Positions 1-8,933 of a stretch of DNA of 64,000 bases are shown here, one piece after another. The notes under the pieces were generated by a model. That model saw nothing but the letters and a program-made list of their open reading frames with translations. It searched no databases and was not told the origin of the DNA. This DNA comes from Escherichia phage phiC120. The position numbers and the translations under genes were made by a program. The stretch's first letter is position 1. Each line of letters opens with the position of its first letter. The stretch is from sequence record KY703222. One strand, written 5' to 3'.

Positions 1-22
1 CCATCAAAAAATGTAAAGCATA

Positions 23-274
23 TTAGAACTTAATTTCTATCCAATGTCCATCACGTTGGTCGTGATTAATTTTATACTGAAAGCCGTTATCACGAAGCCA
101 TTGACCGACTTGTTCAGTTATAGTTAAATCATTCTTTGACGGATAGTACGTGAATTGTGTCTGGCCTTTGTCAGCGGCTTTCTCTGCCATCACAGAGAAG
201 TTAGTAATAAAATCACTCAACAAATTGGCTTTAGTGGCCAGGGCCCTTTCTCTTAATTCCTGTGCAAAACTCAT
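23..274 (-). CDS. hypothetical small protein (83 aa), downstream of hoc
   Basis: ORF in six-frame track; compact spacing with neighbouring minus-strand ORF; no recognisable motif. Confidence 0.4.
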   Translation of the reverse strand: MSFAQELRERALATKANLLSDFITNFSVMAEKAADKGQTQFTYYPSKNDLTITEQVGQWLRDNGFQYKINHDQRDGHWIEIKF

Positions 275-471
275 TTCTTCACCTTTTTGTTAATCAAACG
301 TTTACGGTATACAACTTTTTCTTTTGCTTTAAACTTTGACCGAGCTGTCTCGGCTTTAGTCCATAGTAATCCAACTTCTTTAGGTTGTAAACCGATTTTT
401 TGAGCAATTTCTACGAATGAAAATCCCGCCTCATGTAATGTATAAACTTCAACTTCAGCTCTCATAATCAA
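271..471 (-). CDS. hypothetical small basic protein (66 aa), possible helix-turn-helix
   Basis: ORF with 4-nt overlap to downstream ORF; segment FSFVEIAQKIGLQPKEV resembles an HTH; lysine-rich C-terminus. Confidence 0.4.
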   Translation of the reverse strand: MIMRAEVEVYTLHEAGFSFVEIAQKIGLQPKEVGLLWTKAETARSKFKAKEKVVYRKRLINKKVKK

Positions 472-544
472 TCCAGTGTTATTTGGTTTGTGCCATTATA
501 TACATCAATCTCAAGTTGTGTTTTATATGCTTTAAAAACGAAGA

Positions 545-562
545 AAGGGGCCGAAGCCCCTT
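545..562 (-). terminator. stem-loop (GGGGC-CGAA-GCCCC) followed by T-run on minus strand, downstream of hoc
   Basis: Perfect inverted repeat with CGAA loop; T-rich tract follows on minus strand. Confidence 0.5.
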
Positions 563-566
563 ACGA

Positions 567-1982
567 TTATGGATATGTATAGATGATACCGGTTTCCAAA
601 GCAGTTTTATGGATGACGTATCCATTACGTGATTCTTGAACATCAACTTCCGGATAGTCTTTCATCATCTTCTGAAGAGTGTAACGATGCAGGTAGTATT
701 TACTATCTGGATCTTCAGTTTTCCAATCTTTACCTTCTTCAGTCATTTTTTGTATTTCATCCATAACCCACCAACCGCACCAGATGTAAGCTGAAGTACG
801 ATGTGGAAGAGGATGAACATAAGGTAGTTCACCTTCTGGTTCAATTGGAGTCCGTTCAGCAATAACAACTTCAGCGGTTGAACTAATTGTCTTTGAAGTA
901 TAGTTATCTTTAGTTAATACTGCTTCAACTTTAATTGTATGAGTACCAGCTGAGGAGGTATCAATACTGTAAGTATTAGTAGAATTACTTTCTGCTACGT
1001 TGTCTTTCTTCCAAGAATACACAATATTAGTATCACCTGGAGCACCAGTAACAGATGCTGTTAAAGTTGCAGTTCCACCAACAGTAGTATTAACTGATGG
1101 GGGAGATAAAGAAATGGTGGCACTATTAAATGTAGCATTATTAGTTACTACTGTTGCTTCTGCTGAAATTTCTTTTGTAACATAATTTGATGCAGAAACA
1201 GATACGGTGCATTTAAGAGTTTTACTTCCGACCTCGGTTGGAGTGAATTTATACGTAGCAGAAGTTGCATCTGGAATATTACTGTCATCCATTGACCACT
1301 GGAATGATGTAGTAGCACCTGAAGGTGCACCAGAGACATTTGCAGTTAAAGTAATAGGAACACCAAAGACTGTAGTCGGAGACTCAGGCGTAATTTTTAG
1401 TGTTGAAGAATTAGCCTTTTTATTTACAGTCAAAGAAACCGCTGATGATTCTACTGTTTTATCAACGTAATCAGTTGCAGTCACTGTGACGGAGCAAGTT
1501 ATAGACTTAGTTCCTTCAGATGTTGGCGTATATTCAAAGGTTGATTGCTTTTGACCATCAACAGCAACCCCGTCAACTTTCCATGTATAAGCAATAGCAG
1601 CACCACTAGGTTGATTGCTTACATTAGCAGTGAATGTTGTTGCTGTTCCAATTTCTACCGCCGCCGGAGAAGCCGGAGTAACAGCGACGGTAGAATTATT
1701 TTCTTTCTTATTAACAGTGATAGTTGTTGACGCTTCAGCTATTTCCGGATCTCCTGCGGAAAGTGTATTAGTTGCAACCACTTTAATTTTTTTTGTTCCT
1801 GCTGGAGAAGCAAGAGTATAATCCATTGTAGCAGCCGTAGACTCCTGTGCTATATCATCTACAGTCCAGACGTATGTAATAGTACCATCTGGAGTTTCAC
1901 CTGCAGGTGTAGCAGTGAATGTTTGTGAACCTCCAATAACCCCTGTAGGAGTTAAAGGAGATAACGTGACAGTGAATGTCAT
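567..1982 (-). CDS. hoc: Hoc outer capsid decoration protein with four tandem Ig-like domains
   Basis: 471 aa; four ~90-aa repeats with recurring TxT...YxW...KxI motifs; C-terminus YVHPLPHRTSAYIWCGWWVMDEIQ...GIIYTYP matches remembered T4 Hoc capsid-binding domain; position next to inh/uvsW. Confidence 0.8.
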   Translation of the reverse strand: MTFTVTLSPLTPTGVIGGSQTFTATPAGETPDGTITYVWTVDDIAQESTAATMDYTLASPAGTKKIKVVATNTLSAGDPEIAEASTTITVNKKENNSTVAVTPASPAAVEIGTATTFTANVSNQPSGAAIAYTWKVDGVAVDGQKQSTFEYTPTSEGTKSITCSVTVTATDYVDKTVESSAVSLTVNKKANSSTLKITPESPTTVFGVPITLTANVSGAPSGATTSFQWSMDDSNIPDATSATYKFTPTEVGSKTLKCTVSVSASNYVTKEISAEATVVTNNATFNSATISLSPPSVNTTVGGTATLTASVTGAPGDTNIVYSWKKDNVAESNSTNTYSIDTSSAGTHTIKVEAVLTKDNYTSKTISSTAEVVIAERTPIEPEGELPYVHPLPHRTSAYIWCGWWVMDEIQKMTEEGKDWKTEDPDSKYYLHRYTLQKMMKDYPEVDVQESRNGYVIHKTALETGIIYTYP

Positions 1983-1991
1983 AAGTTATCC

Positions 1992-2660
1992 TTATTTTAA
2001 TGTTATGAAAGAAGAATTACGAGTTTCACGAATTAGAACTGATCCATCGCGATTAATATAATAAATTAAGCTAAATAATGTTTGGTGAGCAGAAGCATGC
2101 ACAAAACTCGTTGGGCGAGATTTCCAATCAGGTGTTTCGGCTATCCATTGATAAATCCACCAAGGAACAGTAACATATCCTGGGCCTTTGCCTAATTTAA
2201 CGAGTGTAGGACTAAAATTTTCAGGCAGAACAAATTTTACTTCTTTATTTACCTCTGTCTCAGGCTCTTTTTCAGATTCAACAACCTGAGTAATTGCTTC
2301 TTCAAATTTATCATGGTCGAATTCTTTTTCTTGTTCGACAACTTCTAATACTTCAACTTGTTCTGTTGGAGAATCAAACAACAGAATAGCTTCTTCTTTA
2401 ACCTCTTCGTTGGTGAAATTAACACCGTCCACATCATCTGCTGCAGTAATTAAATCGGTGATAGATAATCCATCAGTTTCAGGTAATGGTTCATCAGCCA
2501 GTGCGTTAAGAGCTTCTTCGATATCAATAACAATATTATCGAATGATTTTGTTTTCTTAACACTAATGCCAAATTGTTTCGCATATTCGAACAGTTTAGC
2601 TTTGGCTTCCTTTTTATCAGAAAGAGCACGTAACTCTTCAATATAGTCTTTATCGATCAT
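1992..2660 (-). CDS. inh: acidic protein at the position of Inh (prohead protease inhibitor)
   Basis: 222 aa, acidic; lies between hoc and uvsW as inh does in T4; assignment by position and size only. Confidence 0.45.
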   Translation of the reverse strand: MIDKDYIEELRALSDKKEAKAKLFEYAKQFGISVKKTKSFDNIVIDIEEALNALADEPLPETDGLSITDLITAADDVDGVNFTNEEVKEEAILLFDSPTEQVEVLEVVEQEKEFDHDKFEEAITQVVESEKEPETEVNKEVKFVLPENFSPTLVKLGKGPGYVTVPWWIYQWIAETPDWKSRPTSFVHASAHQTLFSLIYYINRDGSVLIRETRNSSFITLK

Positions 2661-2673
2661 GGTATTTCCTCAT

Positions 2674-2681
2674 TATAAATA
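2674..2681 (+). promoter_or_regulatory. late promoter TATAAATA upstream of uvsW
   Basis: Exact TATAAATA about 30 nt upstream of the uvsW start codon. Confidence 0.6.
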
Positions 2682-2710
2682 TAACTATATTTATTACATG
2701 GTAATTTGAC

Positions 2711-4225
2711 ATGACTGACATTAAAGTACATTTTTATGATTTTAGTCACGTTCGCATTGAATGCGACGAAAGTACGTTTTACGAACTTCGTGACTTTTTT
2801 AGCTTTGAAGCCGACGGGTATAAATTTAACCCAAAATATCGCTATGGGCAATGGGATGGTAGAATTAGACTTTTAGATTACAATCGTTTGTTACCATATG
2901 GACTTGTAGGTCAAATAAAAAAGTTCTGTATCAATATGAGTTATTCTGTATGGATTGACCCTAAAATCTTTGAGACTGAAGACCTTACCAGGGAAGATTT
3001 TGACGCATGGCTTTCTAAACAAGAAATTTATTCGGGCAACACCAAAATCGAACCACATTGGTATCAAAAAGATGCAGTATATGAAGGACTAGTTAATCGT
3101 CGTCGAATTTTAAACCTTCCGACATCAGCAGGTAAATCACTAATCCAAGCACTTTTAGCTCGGTATTATCTAGAGAACTATGAAGGTAAAATTCTCATTA
3201 TCGTCCCTACAACAGCATTGACAACCCAAATGGCTAATGATTTTGTTGATTATCGCTTGTTTAGTCATTCGATGATTAAGAAAATTGGTGGTGGTGCTGA
3301 TAAAGCAGACAAATCTAAAAACGACGCTCCAATTATTGTTGGCACATGGCAAACGGTAGTTAAGCAGCCTAAAGAATGGTTCTCTCAGTTCGGTATGATG
3401 ATGAACGATGAATGCCACTTAGCAACAGGCAAAAGTATTTCTTCAATCATCTCAGGATTAAATAATTGCATGTTTAAATTCGGTTTATCTGGCTCATTAA
3501 GAGACGGAAAAGCCAATGTAATGCAGTACGTAGGTATGTTCGGCGAAATCTTCCGTCCTGTTAGCACGTCTAAATTAATGGAAGACGGACAGGTAACTGA
3601 GCTTAAGATTAATAGTATTTTCCTTCGTTATCCAGACGAATTCGCCACCAAATTAAAAGGTAAAACATACCAAGAAGAAGTTAAAATTATTACCGGACTA
3701 AAACGTCGTACAAAGTGGATTGCTCAACTTTCAGTCAAATTGGCTAAGAAAGACGAGAACGCCTTTGTAATGTTTAAACACGTTACACACGGTAAAGAAA
3801 TATTTGAAGCTATTAAAGAGCTTGGATACGAAAAAGTTTATTACGTATCAGGTGAAGTTGATACTGAAACACGTAACGCGCTTAAAGTCATGGCAGAAAA
3901 TGGTAAAGGCATCATTATTGTCGCATCATATGGAGTATTCTCTACCGGTATTTCAGTCAAGAATCTTCATCATGTTATTTTTGCCCATGGTGTTAAATCA
4001 AAAATTATCGTACTTCAAACAGTAGGTCGTGTGCTTCGTAAGCATGGTTCTAAAGCTGTTGCTACAGTTTGGGATCTCATCGATGACGCAGGTGTAAAAC
4101 CTAAATCATTAAATACTAAAAAGAAGTATACTCATCTTAATTACTTGTTAAAACACGGTATTGATCGTATCCAACGTTACGCTGATGAGAAATTTAACTA
4201 TGTAATGAAAACAATTAATTTATAA
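2711..4225 (+). CDS. uvsW: UvsW RNA-DNA/DNA-DNA helicase (SF2)
   Basis: 504 aa; N-terminus MTDIKVHFYDFSHVRIECDES close to remembered T4 UvsW; Walker A-like LPTSAGKS and DECH box. Confidence 0.95.
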   Translation: MTDIKVHFYDFSHVRIECDESTFYELRDFFSFEADGYKFNPKYRYGQWDGRIRLLDYNRLLPYGLVGQIKKFCINMSYSVWIDPKIFETEDLTREDFDAWLSKQEIYSGNTKIEPHWYQKDAVYEGLVNRRRILNLPTSAGKSLIQALLARYYLENYEGKILIIVPTTALTTQMANDFVDYRLFSHSMIKKIGGGADKADKSKNDAPIIVGTWQTVVKQPKEWFSQFGMMMNDECHLATGKSISSIISGLNNCMFKFGLSGSLRDGKANVMQYVGMFGEIFRPVSTSKLMEDGQVTELKINSIFLRYPDEFATKLKGKTYQEEVKIITGLKRRTKWIAQLSVKLAKKDENAFVMFKHVTHGKEIFEAIKELGYEKVYYVSGEVDTETRNALKVMAENGKGIIIVASYGVFSTGISVKNLHHVIFAHGVKSKIIVLQTVGRVLRKHGSKAVATVWDLIDDAGVKPKSLNTKKKYTHLNYLLKHGIDRIQRYADEKFNYVMKTINL

Positions 4226-4240
4226 GGGCTTCGGCCCTTA
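4223..4240 (+). other. intercistronic stem-loop (TAAGGGC-TTCG-GCCCTTA) between uvsW and uvsW.1
   Basis: Perfect inverted repeat with TTCG loop overlapping the uvsW stop, immediately followed by the RBS GGAGA of the next ORF. Confidence 0.5.
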
Positions 4241-4250
4241 GGAGATAAAA

Positions 4251-4481
4251 ATGGTACTTGAATTTAAACAATTTTTATACGAAGCATCTATTGACGAATT
4301 CATGGGTAAAATTGCTAGTTGTCATACCCTAGAAGGGCTTGAAGAATTGGAAGCTTATTATAAGAAACGTATAAAAGAAACGGAATTAAAAGATACAGAT
4401 GATATTTCTGTCAGGGATGCCTTAGCAGGTAAGCGTGCCGAACTTGAAGGCGACGATGAGGATGAGGAAGAAGACTTCTAA
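4251..4481 (+). CDS. uvsW.1: UvsW.1-like small acidic protein
   Basis: 76 aa ORF directly downstream of uvsW with its own RBS; acidic C-terminus; size and position match T4 uvsW.1. Confidence 0.65.
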   Translation: MVLEFKQFLYEASIDEFMGKIASCHTLEGLEELEAYYKKRIKETELKDTDDISVRDALAGKRAELEGDDEDEEEDF

Positions 4482-4486
4482 TTAAA

Positions 4487-4520
4487 AAAAGGCCCGACCT
4501 TTTTGGAAGGGCCAAAAACC
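4487..4520. terminator. bidirectional terminator between convergent uvsW.1 and minus-strand uvsY-side ORFs
   Basis: GGCCC...GGGCC inverted repeat flanked by A-run upstream and T/A-runs on both sides. Confidence 0.45.
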
Positions 4521-4540
4521 ATAGGCAAAAAAAGGTAACA

Positions 4541-4708
4541 CTATAGTAAAAGTTGGGTTTCGTTCAATTGCTCTTCTGAACTTTCTGAAACCGGCAATTG
4601 TTGTACATAATTATAACAAGGACCAGGATGTGCTGGACCTTTGTCTGTTTCAACAACCAATGCAGAATCGATTGGAGTTTTACAGACAACACAAATCTTA
4701 TCTGACAT
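4541..4708 (-). CDS. small Cys-containing protein (55 aa), possible zinc-binding; uvsY.-2 position
   Basis: Hand-translated: MSDKICVVCKTPIDSALVVETDKGPAHPGPCYNYV...; RBS GGAGG upstream; below the 60-aa cutoff of the ORF track. Confidence 0.4.
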   Translation of the reverse strand: MSDKICVVCKTPIDSALVVETDKGPAHPGPCYNYVQQLPVSESSEEQLNETQLLL

Positions 4709-4740
4709 GATTGCCTCCTAAGTTGAAATTACATATCTAT

Positions 4741-4965
4741 TTATACCACTCGCATGCACATATCGATACCCATATCTTTTGTATAAAAATACTCGTCGAT
4801 GTACCCAGCAAACTTCCCTTTAATATAAAGGACGTCTTCACCACAAGGGTGGTCTGCCAGGATACGAATATCCTGACGTCGTAGACGATACTTTTCCATT
4901 AAGAATTTAATTTCTGTTTCAAATTCTTCATCATTATTAAAGGCATCTTCAATTGAATAACGCAT
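4741..4965 (-). CDS. hypothetical protein (74 aa), uvsY.-1 position
   Basis: ORF immediately downstream of uvsY on the minus strand, abutting its stop. Confidence 0.5.
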   Translation of the reverse strand: MRYSIEDAFNNDEEFETEIKFLMEKYRLRRQDIRILADHPCGEDVLYIKGKFAGYIDEYFYTKDMGIDMCMRVV

Positions 4966-5378
4966 TATTGCCCCGCTTCAAATTCTCGCATATCTTGAAT
5001 ATGTTTAAGTGCAAAACTACGAGACTTAACTGCATCAAGTGCACCACTACAGAACTCAAGTAAAATTCCCCAGTATTGTAAAGTAGTCTCTATTTTAAGC
5101 ACATCTTTATCTGCAGCCAGGACAGTTTTCATTTCAGATTTTTCGTATCGGTCCATACTGAATTCATCACCGTCACCTCGTCCCGAGTAGTAGTCTAATC
5201 TTGCTTTTAGAGCAGTTTTCTTCTGAGTCTCTATACGCAACATTTCTTTACGAATAAATGAGTGCTTACGTAGCCATTTGCTGTATAACTTAACATTATT
5301 CGCCGTCTCATATTGCAACTTTGTCGTATCAATAGCTAAGTCTGCGTCTAACTCTTCCTGTAAATCTTCCAGCTTCAT
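4965..5378 (-). CDS. uvsY: UvsY recombination mediator (137 aa, start at internal Met of the 164-aa ORF)
   Basis: Sequence from MKLEDLQEELDADLAIDTTKLQYE...DMREFEAGQ matches remembered T4 UvsY; a middle promoter lies inside the upstream ORF extension, supporting the shorter start. Confidence 0.9.
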   Translation of the reverse strand: MKLEDLQEELDADLAIDTTKLQYETANNVKLYSKWLRKHSFIRKEMLRIETQKKTALKARLDYYSGRGDGDEFSMDRYEKSEMKTVLAADKDVLKIETTLQYWGILLEFCSGALDAVKSRSFALKHIQDMREFEAGQ

Positions 5379-5433
5379 AATGTTCTCTCTTTTAACTAAT
5401 AATCTCCCGGCTGTATCGGAAGGACCTAAAACC

Positions 5434-5458
5434 ATTATACATAGGTTGCCTTGAAGCA
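5434..5458 (-). promoter_or_regulatory. middle promoter (MotA box TGCTTCA plus TATAAT) for uvsY
   Basis: On minus strand: TGCTTCA, ~12-nt spacer, TATAAT; matches T4 middle-promoter architecture. Confidence 0.7.
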
Positions 5459-5857
5459 TTACACTCTATTGCTTGACGCTAACTGAAGTTTAATTTGTTC
5501 AATATCGTCAGGGTTGTCTACGACCGAAAATCTAATCTCTACTATAACTGTATAGTCATCATATACTGGCGTTACACTTACAGAAAGTTTGTCGATGCGT
5601 GGCTCATAGTTACGAACAGCTGCTTGGATATTACGCTCAATAGTATCGGCTGTAAGTGGTGTCATGTTCTCGAAAAGTTCATCGACCAAATCGCATCCAA
5701 ATTCAGGGTCGAAGGGGCGTGAGCCTTTTCTAGTTGTCACTATGCCAAGAAGACTATTTTTAATAGAACGAAGTCCTACAGAACGAGCAACGTCCTTGTT
5801 CCAATCCATACGCATTTCTGGGTCGATATCTGAATAAAGTTTATTGATATTAGACAT
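5459..5857 (-). CDS. 25: gp25 baseplate wedge subunit
   Basis: 132 aa; MSNINKLYSDIDPEMRMDWNKD...IEQIKLQLASSNRV close to remembered T4 gp25. Confidence 0.95.
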   Translation of the reverse strand: MSNINKLYSDIDPEMRMDWNKDVARSVGLRSIKNSLLGIVTTRKGSRPFDPEFGCDLVDELFENMTPLTADTIERNIQAAVRNYEPRIDKLSVSVTPVYDDYTVIVEIRFSVVDNPDDIEQIKLQLASSNRV

Positions 5858-6483
5858 TATAATAACTCAAAGAATTCTTTGAGGCCTCGTATTGTGTGAA
5901 CGTGTGACGCCCCACATTTGGGACATTTAATAGGGGTTGCCAGATAAATTGATGGCGACACCAAAAGATTTTTAATATTGATCATGTCATCTTCTGTTAT
6001 AAGACCATAAAGGTCGTTTATTTCTGCTTCAGTTAAATCTTCAACAGGGATGGACTCTCCATTGACAAAAACAGCCTCAATACATGAAGCAATCATTAAC
6101 GCGATATTTTTATCATCAAATAATTTAGGTTGACGGAACTTAATTTTAATACCACTGAACGAATACCAGGGATCGGCCTGTTCATCTAATTGAGTGTGCA
6201 ATAAATTCATATAGACTTGAAATGAATGCCCACAGGAACAATTCCAGGTGTGTTCTTGATTCACTTCACCCAATGAATGTGCCCACAGATTTACCAACAA
6301 TAACTCGGCTTCTTGTTTAGTCAAGTTTTTAGCGTTAGAGCAATTAGTGATAATATTGTTCACTGCTGATTCAATAGTACCGGTAGCCCGCGCACCTATG
6401 AGTCCTAAATATTCTTTTAAAGTAAAGGCTCTACAATTCACTTCTTTATCGCCTAAACGTACGGTAAACGTATATTTGTACAT
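5857..6483 (-). CDS. 26: gp26 baseplate hub subunit
   Basis: 208 aa (T4 gp26 is 208 aa); gene order 25-26-51. Confidence 0.8.
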   Translation of the reverse strand: MYKYTFTVRLGDKEVNCRAFTLKEYLGLIGARATGTIESAVNNIITNCSNAKNLTKQEAELLLVNLWAHSLGEVNQEHTWNCSCGHSFQVYMNLLHTQLDEQADPWYSFSGIKIKFRQPKLFDDKNIALMIASCIEAVFVNGESIPVEDLTEAEINDLYGLITEDDMINIKNLLVSPSIYLATPIKCPKCGASHVHTIRGLKEFFELL

Positions 6484-6501
6484 GTTAACTCCTTTATTGT
6501 G

Positions 6502-6513
6502 TATTTATAAATA
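6502..6513. promoter_or_regulatory. palindromic divergent late promoter TATTTATAAATA between genes 26 and 51
   Basis: 12-nt palindrome containing TATAAATA on both strands, in the 47-nt gap between divergent late genes. Confidence 0.65.
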
Positions 6514-6530
6514 ATAGAAAAGGAGTAATT

Positions 6531-7283
6531 ATGGCTAATATAATTCGTTGTAAATTACCGGATGGTGTTCATCGTTTTAAGCCGTTCACTGTGGCGGATT
6601 ATAGAGACTTTTTACTAGTTAGAAATGATATCGAACATCGTTCGCCGCAAGAACAAAAAGAAATAATTGCCGATCTGATTGATGATTATTTTGGCGAGTA
6701 CCCTAAAACATGGCAACCATTTATATTCCTGCAAGTTTTTGCAGGCTCTATAGGCAAAACAAAAGTTCCCGTTATTTTCACTTGCCCTAAATGCTCTAAA
6801 GAAAAAACTGCACCATTTGAGATATATCAAAAAGAACTAGTCGAACCTGAACTTGATGTTGCTGGTATAAAAATACGTTTTTCTTTCCCTGAAAAGTTTT
6901 ATGACAACAAGGCATTAATGATAAGTGAAAACATAAAAGAAATATATTATAATGGCGAATGGTACCCATGGAATGATTTGACTGAAGAGAACCAAATCCA
7001 AGTAATAGAAGCAATAGACATTGACTCTCTCGAGAAGGTTATTGCTTCTATGAACCCTATTAATTTGACCCTTAGATTAGGTTGTTGTGAACGCCATGTT
7101 AAAACATATACTGATATCTTAGAGGTTTTTAAATTGTTAGTTAACCCTGATGAGATTTTTACATTCTATCAGATAAACCATTCACTAGTAAAGAGTCAAT
7201 ACACATTGGATTCTATTATGCAAATGATTCCTGTTGAACGTGGTATTGCTTTAACATTAGTAGAAAAGGACCATAAAAAATGA
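6531..7283 (+). CDS. 51: gp51 baseplate hub assembly catalyst
   Basis: 250 aa (T4 gp51 about 249 aa); RBS AGGAG; gene order. Confidence 0.8.
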   Translation: MANIIRCKLPDGVHRFKPFTVADYRDFLLVRNDIEHRSPQEQKEIIADLIDDYFGEYPKTWQPFIFLQVFAGSIGKTKVPVIFTCPKCSKEKTAPFEIYQKELVEPELDVAGIKIRFSFPEKFYDNKALMISENIKEIYYNGEWYPWNDLTEENQIQVIEAIDIDSLEKVIASMNPINLTLRLGCCERHVKTYTDILEVFKLLVNPDEIFTFYQINHSLVKSQYTLDSIMQMIPVERGIALTLVEKDHKK

Positions 7284-8452
7284 CAGTATTCCAACGTCCA
7301 GGATATCCTAACTTAAGCGTTAAATTATACCAAGATTATTCGGCTTGGCAAGAAAATAGATATGTTGAACTCGCAGCAACAATAACAACTTTAACCATGC
7401 GAGATTCACTATATGGAAGAAATGAAGGGATTCTTCAATTTTATGACACTAAAAACATCCACACTAAAATGGATGGTAGACAGATAGTTCAAATCTCTGT
7501 TTCAAATTCAAACACACCTCTTCAAGTTAGAACTCGAATTTATGGATGTAGACATTATTCTGTGTCTGTGGACTCAAAAGGTGACAATATTATCGCAATT
7601 GAGCTTGGAACAATACATTCTATAGAGAACCTTAAATTTGGGCGACCATTCTTCCCAGATGCAGGCGAATCTATACGTGAAATGTTAGGTGTCATATACA
7701 AAGACCGTACGTTAATTACTCCGCCAATAAACACTATTAATGCTTATGTTCCTGATATTCCTTGGACAAGCACATTTGATGATTATTTGGCATATGTCAG
7801 AGAATTAGGACTTGCTACAGCGAGTGATAAGTTCGTATTCGTATGGCAAGATATTTTAGGCGTAAACATGATTGACTACGATACTCTTATTGGCCAGGAA
7901 GGCATTAAGATGGTTGTAGGCGAGCCAAATACCGTAGGTCAGTATATTCAAGAGCTTGAGTATCCATTAGTATGGGATTTTACCTGGATGACTAAAGCTA
8001 ACCAATTTACAAGAGACCCTATTAAAAACGCCACGGTATTCGCCCATTCATTTTTAGATACATCTATTCCGGTTATTGTTACAGGTGATGGTGATAACGC
8101 TATTGTTGTGTCAAGATCTGGTGGATATTCCGAAATGACCTATCGTAATGGATTTGAAGAAGCAAGTCGTCTTCAGACAATGGCTCAATATGACGGATAT
8201 GCTAAATGCACTACTACAGGTAATTTTAACATAACGCCTGCTACTAAAATTATATTTGTTGACCAAAAGAACCAATTCAAATCCGAATTTTACGTGGATG
8301 AAGTTATTCATGAGTTATCAAATAACAACTCACAAACTCATCTGTACATGTTTACCAACTCAATGGTGTTAGAACCTGTTAACCCAGTTAAGGTTAAAAA
8401 TGAACTTAAATCTGATTCTACCTCTAAAGAAAATAATTCTACCACAGTCTAA
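7280..8452 (+). CDS. 27: gp27 baseplate hub subunit
   Basis: 390 aa (T4 gp27 is 391 aa); ATGA overlap with gene 51; gene order. Confidence 0.85.
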   Translation: MTVFQRPGYPNLSVKLYQDYSAWQENRYVELAATITTLTMRDSLYGRNEGILQFYDTKNIHTKMDGRQIVQISVSNSNTPLQVRTRIYGCRHYSVSVDSKGDNIIAIELGTIHSIENLKFGRPFFPDAGESIREMLGVIYKDRTLITPPINTINAYVPDIPWTSTFDDYLAYVRELGLATASDKFVFVWQDILGVNMIDYDTLIGQEGIKMVVGEPNTVGQYIQELEYPLVWDFTWMTKANQFTRDPIKNATVFAHSFLDTSIPVIVTGDGDNAIVVSRSGGYSEMTYRNGFEEASRLQTMAQYDGYAKCTTTGNFNITPATKIIFVDQKNQFKSEFYVDEVIHELSNNNSQTHLYMFTNSMVLEPVNPVKVKNELKSDSTSKENNSTTV

Positions 8453-8933
8453 TAAAAAGGTAATGATTCCTAAATTAGGGCTCAAACATTATAATCTTTT
8501 AAAGGACGTTAAAGGCCCTGATGAAAACATGAAAATCTTAGCTGATTCTATTTGTAAAAATATGAGTCCAGCAGATTTTGATTTTGCATGTCTACACATA
8601 TTGGAATTTAATAACAAACTTAAGTCTGAAGTTGAAAAAGACAGATTCACATATAAACTAGATGACGTCTATGTATGCCAACGAACAGAATTCCAATTCC
8701 AAGGCAATACTTTTTATTTTAGACCTCCAGGCAAATTTGAACAATTCGCTACAATCAGTGAAATGTTATCAAATTGCTTAATAAAAGTTAATGACGAAGA
8801 GAAAGAAATTTCTTTCCTTGAGATGCCTGCTTTTGTAATCAAATGGGCAGAAGACCTTTCGACAACTATTGCTATTCCAGGCCCTAATGGTCCTATTAAG
8901 GGTATAGCAGAAATTATTGGATTGCTTGAATGA
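8400..8933 (+). CDS. 28: gp28 baseplate distal hub subunit
   Basis: 177 aa (T4 gp28 is 177 aa); gene order. Confidence 0.8.
   Translation: MNLNLILPLKKIILPQSNKKVMIPKLGLKHYNLLKDVKGPDENMKILADSICKNMSPADFDFACLHILEFNNKLKSEVEKDRFTYKLDDVYVCQRTEFQFQGNTFYFRPPGKFEQFATISEMLSNCLIKVNDEEKEISFLEMPAFVIKWAEDLSTTIAIPGPNGPIKGIAEIIGLLE

Noticed and set aside
1000-1821. Plus-strand ORFs (61-87 aa) antisense to hoc
   Set aside because: They lie entirely inside the well-supported minus-strand hoc gene and have no RBS or homology; shadow ORFs of a repetitive coding region.
4965-5459. 164-aa extended UvsY ORF
   Set aside because: The N-terminal 27 codons contain the uvsY middle promoter; the T4-matching protein begins at the internal Met (137 aa).
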